Shown: one piece after another, positions 19,270 through 28,777 of the stretch
How the letters are laid out: each line of letters starts with the position of its first letter
Position numbering within the stretch: the stretch's first letter is position 1
Assembly: GCA_050944155.1 (NCBI GenBank)
Contig: JBMNQN010000001.1
Location: 79,409-143,408, forward strand
From: Candidatus Methanomethylophilaceae archaeon
GTDB taxonomy: Archaea > Thermoplasmatota > Thermoplasmata > Methanomassiliicoccales > Methanomethylophilaceae
Reading direction: 5' to 3'
DNA length: 64,000 bases
The notes under the pieces: model-generated
What the model was told of the DNA's origin: nothing
The model's input: the letters and a program-made list of their open reading frames with translations, nothing else
Database searches by the model: none
Made by a program: the position numbers and the translations under genes

Positions 19270-19444
19270 TGTGCCACGAATAAGAAACTGTAAGCCGAAA
19301 AGGAAAATCGGCCTGCATCAGTCCGTCTGCAATCAAACTTCGAAACGGTGACAGAATTATATCGGAACGGAATTAAAGAAGTATTTCGGATTAGTTTTCG
19401 CCGCCGTTATCGTCCTCTAAGGTGTTCCGTCCGAAAACCATTGC

Positions 19445-19528
19445 ACATAGTGAAAAAACGGTGAATGCGTGGGATGACCGAGATCATCTTGTCACGCCTT
19501 ATTTCACTGACATAAAATTTCACTATGT
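19445..19528. other. 84-nt nested imperfect hairpin (possible structured RNA)
   Basis: Nested arms ACATAGTGAAA/TTTCACTATGT, GTGAA/TTCAC, GCGTG/CACGC and GATGA/TCATC. Confidence 0.45.
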
Positions 19529-19569
19529 TCCAAATAACCTTATGTTTAGAACATCAGCCAGATAGGAAG

Positions 19570-19645
19570 TGGTAGCCTCGCGCAGATTCGAACTGCGGTC
19601 CCAAGATCCAGAGTCTTGAATGATTGACCACTACACTACGAGGCT
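19570..19645 (-). tRNA. tRNA-Gln(CTG), CCA encoded
   Basis: AGCCTCG...CAAGA-CT-CTG-GA-TCTTG...GTTCGAATC...CGAGGCT-A-CCA cloverleaf. Confidence 0.97.
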
Positions 19646-19694
19646 GTTAAGTCCTCCAACGCGGTAATATTTTAATACTTTTCGTCGGAGGGTT

Positions 19695-20321
19695 TCACTG
19701 AACGGCTTTTTTGACTTCGGAGAATATCTCGTCTATCGAACCCGTGCCTTTTATCGTGACGAGTTTTCCTTTCTTTCCGTAATATTCGATCAGGGGGAAA
19801 GTGTTCTCGCGGTAGACTTTAAGCCTGTTTTTCACGGTTTCGGGTTTATCGTCGTCTCTTTGGTAGAGTTCGCCTCCGCATTTGTCGCATACGCCGGGGG
19901 CTTTCGGAGGGTTCGAAGTGAGGTGGAACACCGAGTTGCAGGAAGGACACGAGCGCCTCTGGGTAAGCCTTTCCACGAGTTCCTCGTCGTCTACGTCGAG
20001 ATTTATCGCAAGATCCACGTCAATTTCTTTTTCCAAAGCGTCGGCCTGTTCGATGGTACGGGGGAATCCGTCGAAAATGACGCCTCCCTCGGTCTGAGCG
20101 ATTTTTTCTTTCATAAGACCGATAATCAGGTCGTTGGGCACCAGTGCGCCGCTGTCCATGTACGTTTTGGCTTTGAGTCCCAGTTCCGTTCCGTTTCTTA
20201 CGGCTTCCCTGAGCATGTCTCCGGTGGAAAGTCTGGTGTATCCCAGTTCGGAACTCAGTTTCTCTCCCTGGGTACCTTTGCCCGATCCCGGGGGTCCGAG
20301 CAGTACTATCTTGGATTTCAT
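19695..20321 (-). CDS. adk: Adenylate kinase (bacterial-type, Zn lid)
   Basis: LLGPPGSGKGTQ, LSTGDMLR and FDGFPRT motifs; CPSC...CDKC lid. Confidence 0.95.
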   Translation of the reverse strand: MKSKIVLLGPPGSGKGTQGEKLSSELGYTRLSTGDMLREAVRNGTELGLKAKTYMDSGALVPNDLIIGLMKEKIAQTEGGVIFDGFPRTIEQADALEKEIDVDLAINLDVDDEELVERLTQRRSCPSCNSVFHLTSNPPKAPGVCDKCGGELYQRDDDKPETVKNRLKVYRENTFPLIEYYGKKGKLVTIKGTGSIDEIFSEVKKAVQ

Positions 20322-20416
20322 AGCATCCCGCATCGGGTTACCCGTTATAGCACTTTTGTTCTCCCTGTTTTTCCATTGGTATACTTTATAAGCTATGAGC
20401 GGGAATACATCTAACG

Positions 20417-21859
20417 GTGTTTAAAATGGACAGGAAGATACTTGACAGAATCGAGAAGGTCGTAGGCAAGGAAGGTTATTCCGTAGACCCTGCGGTTCTT
20501 TACATATACGGATTCGACGCGTCAATCTATCATCACACTCCCGATGTGGTCGTGCAGCCCCGTACGACCGAAGAAGTTTCCGAAATAATGAAAATCGCGT
20601 ACGAATACGGAATACCCGTAACTCCCAGGGGAGCAGGAACCGGACTCTGCGGATCCGCGGTACCCATTCACGGCGGAATAGTTCTCGCCATGCAGAAGAT
20701 GAACAAGATCAAAAAAATAAGCGTAGCGGATCTCTGGGTCACCGCCGAAGCCGGCGTTGTTTACAACGATCTCAACGAAGCGCTCTCGGAATACGGATTC
20801 TTTTTCCCCCCTTCCCCGGGTTCGGGGGAAGCCTGCACCATAGGAGGAATGGTGGCCAACAACGCATCCGGCATGAGAGCCGTGAAATACGGAGCGACCA
20901 GGGATTTCGTGCTCGGTCTCACTTTCGTCAAAGCCGACGGAGAGATCGTCGTAGCAGGAACAAACACCATTAAAGATTCGTCCGGATTCCAGCTGGCACG
21001 TCTCATGTGCGGCTCCGAAGGACAGCTGGGAGTCATAACCGAAGTGACTCTGAAGCTTACTACCAAGCCCAAGAAATCCGCGTCCTGCATATGCGCCTTC
21101 GACGACGTGGAAGCGGCGGGCAGATGCATATCCAACATCATAGCCAAACCCCTGATTCCCGCGTCCTGCGAGCTTATGGATTCTCTCGCCATATACGCGG
21201 TTAACAAAGCCAGGGGCAACCCTCTCCCCGACTGCAACTCCCTGATCGTAGTGGAAGTGGACGGCGAGACCGACGAGATAATAGAACGCGACCTGAAAAT
21301 CGTGGAGGAAGTCGCCAAAGAGAGCGGCGCTAAAGAGGTAATACCTTCCCACGACAAGAAGGAAATCGCCAAATGGACCGATGCAAGAAAATCCGTTATG
21401 ACATCTCTGTCCGCGCTCAAACCCGGACACGTGTCCGTTTCCCTTGCGGACGACATGGGCGTCCCCATTTCCAAAGTCCCCGAAGCGGTCAAGGCGTTCG
21501 AAGAGATTGCCAAAAAGTATAACGTTACGATAGCCACCTACGGCCACGCTTCCGACGGAAACCTGCACACAAAGATGGTTCTCGATCCGTACAGCAAAGA
21601 CGACTGGGACAGAGGTGTCGCCGCCGTCGGCGAAATATTCGAGAAGTGCATCGAACTGGGCGGAACCGTCTCCGGAGAACACGGAATCGGCATGTCCAAG
21701 GCGGCGGATTTCATCAAAGAGAGGAATTCCAACCTGAAGACTTACGCCGAAATCAAAAAGGCCATGGATTCCAAGAACATCCTCAACCCCGGAAAATCTT
21801 TCGAGTTCGAAGGAAACACCCTCAGAGGACTCAGATATCCCTGCAAAGAATATCAGTGA
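20417..21859 (+). CDS. FAD-linked oxidase, GlcD/D-lactate dehydrogenase family
   Basis: PRGAGTGLCG, TIGGMVANNASG..AVKYGATRD, GSEGQLGVITE, GHASDGNLH and GEHGIG motifs. Start may be ATG 20426. Confidence 0.9.
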   Translation: MFKMDRKILDRIEKVVGKEGYSVDPAVLYIYGFDASIYHHTPDVVVQPRTTEEVSEIMKIAYEYGIPVTPRGAGTGLCGSAVPIHGGIVLAMQKMNKIKKISVADLWVTAEAGVVYNDLNEALSEYGFFFPPSPGSGEACTIGGMVANNASGMRAVKYGATRDFVLGLTFVKADGEIVVAGTNTIKDSSGFQLARLMCGSEGQLGVITEVTLKLTTKPKKSASCICAFDDVEAAGRCISNIIAKPLIPASCELMDSLAIYAVNKARGNPLPDCNSLIVVEVDGETDEIIERDLKIVEEVAKESGAKEVIPSHDKKEIAKWTDARKSVMTSLSALKPGHVSVSLADDMGVPISKVPEAVKAFEEIAKKYNVTIATYGHASDGNLHTKMVLDPYSKDDWDRGVAAVGEIFEKCIELGGTVSGEHGIGMSKAADFIKERNSNLKTYAEIKKAMDSKNILNPGKSFEFEGNTLRGLRYPCKEYQ

Positions 21860-21863
21860 GCGT

Positions 21864-22493
21864 TCAGAAGAATACTCCCATAACGATCAGGACTTCCAGG
21901 ACGCCTGTCGCAAGCATGGCGCCCCACACTCCCGTGTTCCATTTGATGATTTTCGAACCGTCGAGGGGAGGGAACGGGATAAGGTTGAACAGTGCCAGTA
22001 TTGCGTTCAGATATGCTATCATGAACAGAATGATATTGCCGGTTAACAGCCAGAGTGCTATTCCGACGGCGCCTATAGTCAGATTCACGGCCGGACCGGC
22101 GGCGCTGATTTTACCGTTCTGAACGTTATTGATACGTCCGTTGATCCAGACAACGCCCGGAGCGGCGAACAGAAATCCGCTGAACGATATGGCTACAGCG
22201 ATGAGAAGTCCGGGAATAGACATCCTGTATTCGGACCATGCCCCGTATCTCTGAGCCAGAAATTTGTGTCCCAGTTCGTGGGGTATGAAACTCATCGTCA
22301 CGAGAATTAGGCATATCACGTACATGGTCAGGAAAGCGTAAATCCCCATAGACCACTGTCCGGACATCATTGCCAGGGTAAACGCGAGAGCCAGCATAAG
22401 GACGGAAATTATTATCTCCCTGATCTCGCGTTTGCTGAATCTCGGCCCCCCGTATCCCGGGGTTATGTTGTAAGCTCCTGAGATGCCGTCCAC
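21864..22493 (-). CDS. Site-2 protease (M50) family membrane metalloprotease
   Basis: HELGH, AAGPAVN and NLIPFPPLDG motifs within TM segments. Confidence 0.92.
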   Translation of the reverse strand: MDGISGAYNITPGYGGPRFSKREIREIIISVLMLALAFTLAMMSGQWSMGIYAFLTMYVICLILVTMSFIPHELGHKFLAQRYGAWSEYRMSIPGLLIAVAISFSGFLFAAPGVVWINGRINNVQNGKISAAGPAVNLTIGAVGIALWLLTGNIILFMIAYLNAILALFNLIPFPPLDGSKIIKWNTGVWGAMLATGVLEVLIVMGVFF

Positions 22494-22554
22494 GGTCGCA
22501 TAACCGTCTTATCGTTTATAAGGTTAGAGTCCATCATCATAAACGGAGGAAACC

Positions 22555-24480
22555 ATGGCGGGGAACATTGCACACGGAAAAAAGGCGGCACGCTGGTGCG
22601 ATCGCTGCGGTACGCTTCTGCTAGGAAATTCGTGTTCTCTGTGCGGTTCTTCCGGAAGGATATTCGAAATCAACAGTCCCGGAGACATACGTCCATGTTT
22701 CGGGGAATCAAAAACAATGATACTGGGTCTTTTCGAAGAAGCCTTCGGTACTTCGGAACCTCTCGAAGGCAAAGCTGTTTTCCTCAACAAAGTTCCCGGT
22801 GAAGACCGTACCGACGAGATAATCGCTCACGGGGCAGTTCTGGGTATTGCCCGTTTCGACATGCGGAAAAACAGGATGATGCTGGAAATCAGACAGCCCG
22901 GCGCGGATTTTTTCAACGGATGTGCCAAGAAAAACATCGTTACTTTTGCGGGTATGTCCGGGCACCTCAAGGGCAAAAACATTCCCGGTAGCAACATTAC
23001 GGAAATTACGGGGGAATACCGCGAAGGGGACACCCTCATTGTAAGAAAGGGAATAAAATACGGACCCGGAATTGCACTCACCGATTCGGATCTGGCACAA
23101 GATTCTCTCAAGGCGGTGAAAATAAGGGATCTGAATCCCTCGGAAGACCGTCCGTTCTCTCCGGATTCCGACCGTTCCGTTTTCGTTAAAGCCAACTCCG
23201 TCCGTATGGATGAAATGGAAGCGGAGGCCGTGCGTGAAATCCGCACTGCACTGAAAGGAAACAGACTTCCGGTCACCGCTTCCTTTTCCGGCGGGAAAGA
23301 TTCTCTGGTCGCCGCGTTTCTGACCGAAAAGGCTCTAGGGAAAAAACCGATATTGATTTTCATAAACACCGGTCTCGAATTTCCGGAAACTCTGGAATAC
23401 GTCGGAAAGTTTTCCGAAAGTTACGATCTGAGAACAGCGGACGCGGGTACCGCGTTCGCAGACAACGTAGACGCTTTCGGCCCTCCGGCGAAAGATTTCA
23501 GATGGTGCTGCAAAGTGTGCAAGCTCGGCCCGGTGACCGAGCTCATAGCAAAAGATTTTCCGAAGGGCACGGTGACCGCGGAAGGAAACCGTTCCGCGGA
23601 ATCGTATTCCAGAGCCGGCACGCCTCTGATGTCCGTAAACCCATTCGTTCCGGGACAGACCAACATCAATCCGGTGAGAAACTGGATTGCCGCCGAAATA
23701 TGGTGCTACATATTCGGCAGAAATCTTCCGTACAATCCCCTTTACGACAGGGATTTCGAAAGAATCGGATGTTACATGTGCGCATCCTGTCTTTCCAGCG
23801 AGTGGAGGAACACGGGAAGGATACACCCGGAGATGTATTCCCGGTGGGAAGAGTATCTTCACGAATATGCCGAAAAGAGGGGGCTTCCTCCGGAATACGT
23901 CGACATGGGATTCTGGAGATGGAAGGCTCTGCCTCCGAAGATGGTTCTCCTTGCGGACCTTCTCGATCTGAATCTGAAACCCTCTTCATCTTCGGGAATA
24001 TCCATGAAAGTTCTGAAAGGAGCGTCCGTATGCGAAGCGGGAGGGTATTCCGCGGAAGCCGTTGTTACGTTACCGCGCAACAGGGATTTTTCATACACGG
24101 CGGATTCTCTGCGCACCGTCGGGACGGTAAAATATTCTCCGGATTTTGATATAGCGTTTGTGAGAACTCCCAGAGGAACGGCGAAAGTCTTCGGAGGAGG
24201 ACAGGTTTCCGTAACCGCGAAAACAAGCAGAAACGCCGAATTCATGCTGGAAAAAACCGTCAAAGCCATGGTAAGAAGTATGATGTGCACCTCATGCGGA
24301 ATCTGCGCAAAGAAATGTCCCAGACGGGCCATTAAGATATCCGGAGGCATGAGAGTGGACCCCAAAAGATGCACGTCATGCGGTGCCTGCGAAAGATCCT
24401 GCATGGTCATACATTATTACGACCGTCTGACCGGCGTACAGAACAAAGAAAAATCCGGAAACCGCCGGAGAAAGACCTAA
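22555..24480 (+). CDS. PAPS-reductase-family protein with N-terminal Zn ribbon/PUA-like region and C-terminal 4Fe-4S dicluster domain
   Basis: SFSGGKDS PP-loop, RWCCKVCK, RIGCYMC; CTSCGICAKKCP and CTSCGACERSC ferredoxin motifs. Confidence 0.88.
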   Translation: MAGNIAHGKKAARWCDRCGTLLLGNSCSLCGSSGRIFEINSPGDIRPCFGESKTMILGLFEEAFGTSEPLEGKAVFLNKVPGEDRTDEIIAHGAVLGIARFDMRKNRMMLEIRQPGADFFNGCAKKNIVTFAGMSGHLKGKNIPGSNITEITGEYREGDTLIVRKGIKYGPGIALTDSDLAQDSLKAVKIRDLNPSEDRPFSPDSDRSVFVKANSVRMDEMEAEAVREIRTALKGNRLPVTASFSGGKDSLVAAFLTEKALGKKPILIFINTGLEFPETLEYVGKFSESYDLRTADAGTAFADNVDAFGPPAKDFRWCCKVCKLGPVTELIAKDFPKGTVTAEGNRSAESYSRAGTPLMSVNPFVPGQTNINPVRNWIAAEIWCYIFGRNLPYNPLYDRDFERIGCYMCASCLSSEWRNTGRIHPEMYSRWEEYLHEYAEKRGLPPEYVDMGFWRWKALPPKMVLLADLLDLNLKPSSSSGISMKVLKGASVCEAGGYSAEAVVTLPRNRDFSYTADSLRTVGTVKYSPDFDIAFVRTPRGTAKVFGGGQVSVTAKTSRNAEFMLEKTVKAMVRSMMCTSCGICAKKCPRRAIKISGGMRVDPKRCTSCGACERSCMVIHYYDRLTGVQNKEKSGNRRRKT

Positions 24481-24511
24481 AAGTTATATTACCGGAGCAG
24501 ATGGCCGTTCC

Positions 24512-25219
24512 ATGGAGGCAGCTCTGGGAATAGCCGCTGTAATAGGAATAGCTCCCGCGATGGCACTGATGTACCTGGTTCTGAGGAAATACACCTATCC
24601 CGTAGCGGAGAGACCCTTCTTCAGCGACCCGATATTTTTCTCTCTTTTCGTGGCCGGACTGATTGCGGGAACGATCCTCTTTGCCGTTTACACCTATTTC
24701 TGGGGAGCGGCACTCCTTAATGCGATTCTTTTTGCGATTCTGGAAACGATAATCATTCTCGTGGTACTGAATCTAAAGAGATTCCACGGCAAATCGGACA
24801 CGATATTTTACGGATACGGAATGGGTCTGGGACTGGGAGCGACCATGTCCATGGGCATGGCATATTATCTCACTAAAATCGCCGGAACCACGGACCTGTC
24901 TTCGGTGTTGATTCTGATTATTATGTCTATATCGAAGACCCTTATTCTGGGTGCCGTGGGCCTGAACGTGGGAGAAGCGGTTGCGAAACTCAGGCTGCTG
25001 GAGTTCACTTCGCAGGCCGCGGTCGTAAACATGATTTACCACCTGGTTCTGGTTCCCTGGTTCATGGGTTCCGGTTCGATCTATTCCTATCTGGCACTTG
25101 CTCTGGGATTCGCTGTTTCCGCAGTATACTTTTACAAAATGGCCTTCGTTTCCCTGCCTTATACGGTACGTGCGGTCCTCAAGCAGGAAGGCAAGAAAAG
25201 AAAAGACATTCCGAAATGA
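24512..25219 (+). CDS. Multi-pass membrane protein (PrsW-like topology)
   Basis: About 7 TM segments; YGYGMGLGLGA glycine motif. Confidence 0.7.
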   Translation: MEAALGIAAVIGIAPAMALMYLVLRKYTYPVAERPFFSDPIFFSLFVAGLIAGTILFAVYTYFWGAALLNAILFAILETIIILVVLNLKRFHGKSDTIFYGYGMGLGLGATMSMGMAYYLTKIAGTTDLSSVLILIIMSISKTLILGAVGLNVGEAVAKLRLLEFTSQAAVVNMIYHLVLVPWFMGSGSIYSYLALALGFAVSAVYFYKMAFVSLPYTVRAVLKQEGKKRKDIPK

Positions 25220-25660
25220 TTAGGCGCGGTATTTTCCCGTTTCCGTTTCGAAAACGATACACTGTTCCAGCATGGCGCCGAGAATCTTCTCCGGATTTTT
25301 TCTTTCGATTTTTTTCATGTCTTCGAGAGTAAAAGTTCCGAATATTTCGGTCAGGCCAGAAGCCAGGATTTCCATTTTGGTTTCCATATCCTGGCAGTGT
25401 TCGTATTTGTATTCCAGCGTAGAAATCGGATCGGCGTTTTCGATTCTTTTTCTCGCTTCCGGGTCTTCTCCGGGGTCGGTGAAACCGGTCATTTCGGAAA
25501 GAACCGCTCTTACGGTGCTCTGATCCGAATTTCTGTAAAACACCGAAACGTTCGCGTTCGTAACGTTCTTTCCGCAGTAGGGACACGCCGAAGTTTCCGA
25601 GGAGAAATCGACTATTCTCAGTCTCCCGCAGGAACACTTAGTTATGGCGTAATCGTTCAT
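25220..25660 (-). CDS. Zn-ribbon hypothetical protein
   Basis: MNDYAITKCSCG...CPYCGK; ATGA overlap with the pdaD stop. Confidence 0.75.
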   Translation of the reverse strand: MNDYAITKCSCGRLRIVDFSSETSACPYCGKNVTNANVSVFYRNSDQSTVRAVLSEMTGFTDPGEDPEARKRIENADPISTLEYKYEHCQDMETKMEILASGLTEIFGTFTLEDMKKIERKNPEKILGAMLEQCIVFETETGKYRA

Positions 25661-26130
25661 AGGTACTCCGTAAACACCAGGGATGCCACGCAGCATCCGT
25701 AATTTCCGGAAGGGATTCTCAGTTCCTCGGTTACGAAAAATATCTCTCCGAGTTCGGTGTTCCTGATTCTCCCCATCTCTTCCATTTTCCATTTAAGGTC
25801 GTCTTTCAGGGATTTTTCGGAACCGTAAAGATGGCCCTCGGCCACGTATCCGCCCTTTCCGTCCTTCCGGAAGGCGTATCCTATGCCTGCCGAAATGGTC
25901 TCTCCCTCCTGGCCTCTCATCTGTGCCAGCACGCAGTGCGTTACTGCTCCCATGGGTATCGCTTTTTTCTCGGTGAGTTCGGCTCCTACGGGTATGACCG
26001 AAGAAACGGAAACCAGGTTCTGTTCGCCTATTCCGGCTTCTATGAGTGCTACGTCGAAGGCGTTGAGCTGGGAGACCGGACTGACCGCCGATCCCGAAGT
26101 TACGAAAAATTTCGAAGGAATCAATTGCAT
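25657..26130 (-). CDS. pdaD: Pyruvoyl-dependent arginine decarboxylase
   Basis: LNAFDVALIEAGI..QNLVSVSSVIP self-cleavage (SS) motif; GYVAE. Confidence 0.92.
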   Translation of the reverse strand: MQLIPSKFFVTSGSAVSPVSQLNAFDVALIEAGIGEQNLVSVSSVIPVGAELTEKKAIPMGAVTHCVLAQMRGQEGETISAGIGYAFRKDGKGGYVAEGHLYGSEKSLKDDLKWKMEEMGRIRNTELGEIFFVTEELRIPSGNYGCCVASLVFTEYL

Positions 26131-26158
26131 ATTTTCACCATTAATCTTTGTTTTGGGT

Positions 26159-26905
26159 TTATCCGTAGAGGTGGTTGTCGTCCTCCGGAGGTTTGGCTTC
26201 CCCTATTTCCGTCTGAGAACGAATTCTTTTCTCCAGCTCTTCGGCTTCCTGAACCAGGGGCGTGAGATCGATGTCTTTCAGTTCGGGAATCACGTCGGTA
26301 AGTTTTTTGAGAACTTCCGCGGCGGACCTGGGGTCGGGAAGCTGGGCTTCCGCAGGGGAAAGTATCGTAACCACGTCTATGTTCCGTTCCTTTCCCTCGA
26401 AGAGCATCACTCCGGTGAGTCCCTTTATCATTCCGTTTTCCAGGGGTTCGAGTCCGAAACCCTTTATCATTTCCCTGGCCCGGGGAGAGTTTCCTGCCGC
26501 AAAAGAAACGTCGTCCGAGGAGTATCTGGGTATTCCTTCCAGACATACCACCGTTTTGACTCCGTATTCTTTGCACATATCCAGTATTTCTCTGGCCAGG
26601 ATACAGCACTGTCTTGCATCGGGTGCTATTTCGGAAGTTATCACCATGAGGTCGTTGCAGCGTCCCTCTTTCTCGTCGCGGCAGAAACCGTGTACGCGGA
26701 TGGGAGGGTAAGGGTCTCCGTTGATGAGTATGCTGTACGGGCTCATGTTGTCGGAATACATTCCTCTCAGTACGGGCATCTTCAGTTCCCTGACGATGTA
26801 GCTGCCGATTATGGATCCCACCAGCCCCACCGTGGGGAAACCGACGATGGCGACCGCATCGTTCAGTCCGCTGTCGTCGTATCTGAAGACGTTGAGCTCT
26901 GACAT
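26159..26905 (-). CDS. PAC2 family proteasome assembly chaperone
   Basis: GFPTVGLVGSI, GLTGVML, PDPRSAA and IDLTPLVQEAEE motifs; C-terminal HbYX motif LYG. Confidence 0.9.
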   Translation of the reverse strand: MSELNVFRYDDSGLNDAVAIVGFPTVGLVGSIIGSYIVRELKMPVLRGMYSDNMSPYSILINGDPYPPIRVHGFCRDEKEGRCNDLMVITSEIAPDARQCCILAREILDMCKEYGVKTVVCLEGIPRYSSDDVSFAAGNSPRAREMIKGFGLEPLENGMIKGLTGVMLFEGKERNIDVVTILSPAEAQLPDPRSAAEVLKKLTDVIPELKDIDLTPLVQEAEELEKRIRSQTEIGEAKPPEDDNHLYG

Positions 26906-26954
26906 GGGCCGGTGATTAACATCAATCTATTAATCTGTTCTACGTTAACCCTCC

Positions 26955-28220
26955 ATGAATTTCATAGACGTAACCGAAACGGCGGGCGGCATCCCCGTCA
27001 TAACGGAAAACATACCCGGATGCGGAAGCGCAGGTTTCATGGTCGCCGTCCGCACGGGATCCAGGGACGAGGACAGAAAATCCCTGGGCATTTCTCACCT
27101 GCTGGAACATGTAGTTTTCAGAAGAACAGAATCCCGCACTTCCTACCAGATGGCCAAAGAGATGGAAGGCGCGGGAGGGATGATGAACGCGTTCACCGGA
27201 AAAGAGGTCACCGGATTTTACGGGATAACGCTGAAAGAAACGTCGGCGGTGGCAAAAGAGATGGTGGCAGACATAGTGGCGCACCCGATGCTCGGAGACG
27301 AGGACACCGAACTCGAGAAGAAGATAGTTCTTCAGGAACTGAGCATGATAAAGAACGACCCGGAGTCCTACATCCACGACCTTTTCGACGAAACCGTATG
27401 GGAAGGACACGAACTGTCCCAGACACCCGGCGGAAAAGAACGCATAGTGGAAAAACTGACCCACGAAGATTTGAGGGCGTATTACGAAGACAGGTACGGA
27501 AGGCCCAATTTCGCCGTGTTCGCGGCCGGAGCCGTAAACGGTAAAGATACGGCGGCATGGGCGTCCGGGTCCTTCGACGGCATGGAAGCCGCCACGGCGC
27601 CGGTCAGGAAGAAACCTCCGGTTCCGAAAGCCAAATACAGATTCTTTTCCAACAAATCCGATCATTATCAGGTGGCCATGGGATTCCCCGCGTACGTCAA
27701 AGAGGACGGAAACAGGGCCGCATCGGAACTTCTTTCCGGACTTCTCGGTTCGGGGACCTCTTCCAGGCTGTTCCAGGAAGTCAGGGAGAAGAACGCGCTG
27801 GTTTATTCCGTCTATTCGGCTTTGGACGAAAGCACCGATTCCGCCTATCTGGGTATTTACATGTCGTCCACCGCGGAAAACGTACTTCCGTCGGTAAACG
27901 CGGTTTCGGGGGTTCTCAGATCCCTGACGAAAGAAGGTCTGGAAAAGGGCGAACTGGAACGTACCAAGAATCTGATCAAAGGGAGCATAATCAGGAGCCA
28001 GGAATCCACCGTGCGCAGGATGAACCGTCTCGCCAGGGAATACATGCTTACCGGAAAAGTGCGCACTCTCGAAGACAGAATAGCGGATATAGAAAATGCC
28101 ACGGAAGAGGACGTTCTCGCGGTCGCCGAAAAAACAATCAGGGCGGAAACGCTGAATACGGCGGTTCTGGGAAAAGCCGACAGGACGATAAAAGAAGCGG
28201 ATTTCTCTTCCGTTTTATGA
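26955..28220 (+). CDS. M16 (pitrilysin) family Zn peptidase
   Basis: GSRDE..GISHLLEH (HxxEH), NAFT and SSRLFQEVREK motifs. Confidence 0.93.
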   Translation: MNFIDVTETAGGIPVITENIPGCGSAGFMVAVRTGSRDEDRKSLGISHLLEHVVFRRTESRTSYQMAKEMEGAGGMMNAFTGKEVTGFYGITLKETSAVAKEMVADIVAHPMLGDEDTELEKKIVLQELSMIKNDPESYIHDLFDETVWEGHELSQTPGGKERIVEKLTHEDLRAYYEDRYGRPNFAVFAAGAVNGKDTAAWASGSFDGMEAATAPVRKKPPVPKAKYRFFSNKSDHYQVAMGFPAYVKEDGNRAASELLSGLLGSGTSSRLFQEVREKNALVYSVYSALDESTDSAYLGIYMSSTAENVLPSVNAVSGVLRSLTKEGLEKGELERTKNLIKGSIIRSQESTVRRMNRLAREYMLTGKVRTLEDRIADIENATEEDVLAVAEKTIRAETLNTAVLGKADRTIKEADFSSVL

Positions 28221-28706
28221 CCGTGAAGACCAGAACGTGTCGATGAGGTGGAGTACGGCGCTGACCGCGCTGGGGACCGAAGCTTCCACCGCCGGCGTCA
28301 TGGTTTCGCTCACGGTCTGAATGTCTTCCGCTTCCACCGCCACGTATTTCACAGCGTCGGGCATGTATTCCGGGTCCATCTGTCTTCCGATTTTCAGAGC
28401 CGTCGCAAGGTTTACGTCGTGGGGGGACGCGGATGCAACCGTGGATTCGAAATCTTCCGGATCGAACAGCATAACCGTTCCGGGTTCCACCGCTCCCGTG
28501 CGTATGCAGTCCACAATCACGGCGAAACGGAATCCGGTAACCAGCGGAATGATATCCAGGCCTCCCACGGCCTCCTGGCGGGTTTCCACGTTTTTCAGTT
28601 TCAGTCTCTCCACTTCTTCGGCTATCCGGAGGCCGACGGCGTCGTCGCACATAATGGGACTTCCCAGTCCGATTACAACCGTAGCGTCCCTGACTCCTTT
28701 TTCCAT
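28215..28706 (-). CDS. Hydrogenase maturation protease
   Basis: IGLGSPIMCDDAVG, VIVDCI and SPHD motifs. Confidence 0.9.
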   Translation of the reverse strand: MEKGVRDATVVIGLGSPIMCDDAVGLRIAEEVERLKLKNVETRQEAVGGLDIIPLVTGFRFAVIVDCIRTGAVEPGTVMLFDPEDFESTVASASPHDVNLATALKIGRQMDPEYMPDAVKYVAVEAEDIQTVSETMTPAVEASVPSAVSAVLHLIDTFWSSRS

Positions 28707-28777
28707 CGCAGAGACAACGGTCCTCCCGATTATTACGTTTCCGCAAGAATTAATACGGTACGAAACTCTGTTGCGGC

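Noticed and set aside
19445-19528. H/ACA guide RNA interpretation of the hairpin
   Set aside because: No ACA box 3' of the basal stem on either strand and no clear K-turn/K-loop.
15307-19645. Adhesin region as a tRNA-Gln-integrated island
   Set aside because: I found no duplicated tRNA 3' end (att site) and no integrase.
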